Shown: piece after piece, positions 55,954-57,821 of the stretch
Position numbering within the stretch: position 1 is the stretch's first letter
How the letters are laid out: each line of letters opens with the position of its first letter
IMG/VR virus record: IMGVR_UViG_3300028571_002339
Coordinates: 1 to 57,821 of that record
Strand: one strand, 5' to 3'
Length of the DNA stretch: 57,821 nt
Source of the DNA: a virus
Taxonomy: Duplodnaviria; Caudoviricetes
Program-made: the position numbers and the translations under genes
The notes under the pieces: generated by a model
What the model was told of the DNA's origin: nothing
Seen by the model: only the letters and a program-made list of their open reading frames with translations
Databases searched by the model: none

Positions 55954-56469
55954 ATGTTATTAGAAAAAGATAAATTTTTTGAATGGGCATACAGTGATTT
56001 ACTTATAAACAGCCAAAGAGGACACCTTGCCGAATATATTGTAGCGGTTGCTCTAGGACTCACCGGACAAAAAAGGCAGGAGTGGGACCCCTATGATTTG
56101 GAATACGGCAATATAAAAATTGAAGTTAAAAGTGCTGCATATATTCAAGGTTGGGAGCAAAATAAACACTCTGTTATTGGTTTTGATATTAAGCCAACAA
56201 GATTCTTAAACCTTGATAACAATAGATATGAAGATGAAGATAAAAGACAGTCAGATGTATATGTATTTTGTCATTTAAAACACAAAGATAGAGAAACTAT
56301 AAATCCTGCGGATGTGACTCAATGGGATTTTTATATTGCATCAACCGAAACTTTAAACGAAAGATTGAAGGAGCAAAAAAGAGTTTCTCTTTCTGTTCTG
56401 AAGACTATTTGCAGTAATAAAATTTGTTTTGAAAATATAAAAGAAGAAATTGACAAGATTGGAAATTAA
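55954..56469 (+). CDS. PD-(D/E)XK-like nuclease, putative defence protein
   Basis: RGHLAEYIV, YDL, IEVKSAAY, DVYVF. Confidence 0.65.
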   Translation: MLLEKDKFFEWAYSDLLINSQRGHLAEYIVAVALGLTGQKRQEWDPYDLEYGNIKIEVKSAAYIQGWEQNKHSVIGFDIKPTRFLNLDNNRYEDEDKRQSDVYVFCHLKHKDRETINPADVTQWDFYIASTETLNERLKEQKRVSLSVLKTICSNKICFENIKEEIDKIGN

Positions 56470-56483
56470 ATAATAACGCTAAA

Positions 56484-57575
56484 ATGTTACTAAAAAATAT
56501 AATAAAAAGCATAAAAAATATGGTACTAAACAAATGCAGGCTTTCAGTAGAGAATCTGCCATATAAGCATATAAACAGAGAAGATATGATATTCTCTGAT
56601 AAAACTTTATGCATTATCGGGAATGGATTTGATTTAGCACACGGCGTAAAATCTAGCTACTATGATTTTAGAAAGTTTTTAGGTGAAAATTCAGATTTGC
56701 GAGAAATAATGGAAGCATATATCAGCAAACCTGACATATGGGGGGACTTTGAAAACAGCTTGGCGCATCTAGATAGAGAAATGTTGATAAATGACATTGA
56801 CGATACCCTTAATGATTTTAATGTTAAAGATGACGATGAGGATGATTTTTCTGCTGCTGATTATCATCTAGCTATTGAGTGTGCGGCGATGCCGGCTATA
56901 ATGATTGAACAGGAGCTTCCTGTAAAATTTAGACAATGGATAAATAAGTTACCAGCCGTAAACAATTCAAATCCTTTAAAACAAATCATAAATACAAATG
57001 CAAGATTTATAAACTTTAACTATACTGAATTTCTTGAAACCATTTACGGGGTTGAACATAAAAATATTTTATATATACATGGATGCCGAAAAAATAAAAA
57101 AGAAGAGTTAGTTCTAGGTCATGGTTATAATACTGAGAAATTATACGAGGAATGGTACGATGAGAACAAGTCAAGATGTGTATCGGAAAATAATCCAACA
57201 AAATTGGCATATTTTGCTGATGATGATGAGAATCTTGATGAATACAAAAGCCCCATTAGATATTATGCAATACAAGAAGCTCTAGGGCTAATTGAAGAAT
57301 ATTATGACAATTCTGCAAAGAAAACAGAAGACGTATTAAAGCAAAATAAGACCTACTTTGAAACTTTATATGATATTGAAAAAATACTAGTAGTAGGACA
57401 TTCCTTATCCCTAGCGGATTATTCATATTTTAAAGAAATTATTAATAGCAATATTAATAAAGAAGATTTATTGTGGCAAATTAGTTATTATAATAATGAA
57501 GACTTAAAAAGAATTGGCGTTTTTCTAGATAATATGAACATAAAATCAAAACAAGTTACTTTGTTTCACATATAG
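56484..57575 (+). CDS. AbiH-family abortive infection protein (SIR2-like fold)
   Basis: IIGNGFDLAHG, W.DFE, NFNYT, IHG, VGHSL..D..YF. Confidence 0.85.
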   Translation: MLLKNIIKSIKNMVLNKCRLSVENLPYKHINREDMIFSDKTLCIIGNGFDLAHGVKSSYYDFRKFLGENSDLREIMEAYISKPDIWGDFENSLAHLDREMLINDIDDTLNDFNVKDDDEDDFSAADYHLAIECAAMPAIMIEQELPVKFRQWINKLPAVNNSNPLKQIINTNARFINFNYTEFLETIYGVEHKNILYIHGCRKNKKEELVLGHGYNTEKLYEEWYDENKSRCVSENNPTKLAYFADDDENLDEYKSPIRYYAIQEALGLIEEYYDNSAKKTEDVLKQNKTYFETLYDIEKILVVGHSLSLADYSYFKEIINSNINKEDLLWQISYYNNEDLKRIGVFLDNMNIKSKQVTLFHI

Positions 57576-57741
57576 AAAAAGTTTTGCTTTTTTTAATTAT
57601 CTTTCAAAAAATAAAACTTCCGACTCTTAAAAATTTAATTCTAAAATTTATGGTTTTATGTGTCAGACATTATGGATTTAAGTGTCCAATTATAATTACG
57701 CCTAAGGATACCCGAACGGGTAGAACCCGTAGGGTGAGAAA

Positions 57742-57814
57742 ACCAGCTTTGGATTTCGGGTAATAAAAAAACTGCCTTGCGACAGTTTTTGAAAAATCAG
57801 AGAAGTAGGGATTC
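57742..57814. repeat. att-like direct repeat, right copy (exact core 57762..57814)
   Basis: Matches 25..96. Confidence 0.9.
57767..57790 (-). terminator. tRNA terminator hairpin
   Basis: AAAAACTG-N8-CAGTTTTT just 3' of the tRNA. Confidence 0.6.
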
Positions 57815-57821
57815 GAACCCT
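57798..57821 (-). tRNA. 3' part of a tRNA gene, probably tRNA-Ser (truncated by the window edge)
   Basis: Minus strand AGGG-TTCGAAT-CCCTA-CTTCTCT-G: T-arm, acceptor 3' strand, G discriminator, no encoded CCA; anticodon lies outside the window. Confidence 0.7.

Larger units (their letters stand above)
44..57814. mobile_element. tRNA-integrated composite prophage/genomic island bounded by attL/attR-like direct repeats
   Basis: Identical 53-bp sequence AATAAAAAAACTGCC...GAAGTAGGGATTC at both window ends, containing a tRNA 3' end; interior is phage, transposase and cargo genes. Confidence 0.85.

Noticed and set aside
3246-57210. Many antisense or nested ORFs of 60-170 aa in the track
   Set aside because: Shadows of well-supported genes with no motifs or RBS; only 36089..36613 was kept

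Overview
The whole window looks like one ~57.7 kb integrated element. It is bounded by a 53-bp exact direct repeat (44..96 / 57762..57814) that copies the 3' end of a tRNA gene (probably tRNA-Ser, minus strand, cut off by the window edge) and its terminator. Most of it is an apparently complete Mu-like contractile-tailed prophage (~14.5-55.9 kb): repressor, Ner-like, transposase A, ATPase B, GemA-like, Mor-like, head, tail, baseplate, fibre and lysis genes, plus two orphan DNA methyltransferases and a toxin-antitoxin pair. Accessory loads: (i) a TIR / deoxyribohydrolase-TPR (DUF4071-like) / TIR defence-like operon at the left end, and a PD-(D/E)XK nuclease plus AbiH at the right end; (ii) a second Mu-type transposase + AAA ATPase + third-gene module; (iii) a large serine recombinase module with two ParB-like proteins and three copies of one uncharacterised domain; (iv) a 10.5 kb AT-rich glycan operon (MsbA-like exporter, FkbM, radical SAM, three GT9-like paralogues, KdsD + HAD + nucleotidyltransferase-kinase, a probable NDP-arabinose pathway). 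The leader of (iv) has three dif-like 11-6-11 sites next to a small tyrosine recombinase, a candidate invertible-promoter switch. Gene style suggests a Melainabacteria/Gastranaerophilales-like host (inference). All family calls come from motif recognition, not database searches.
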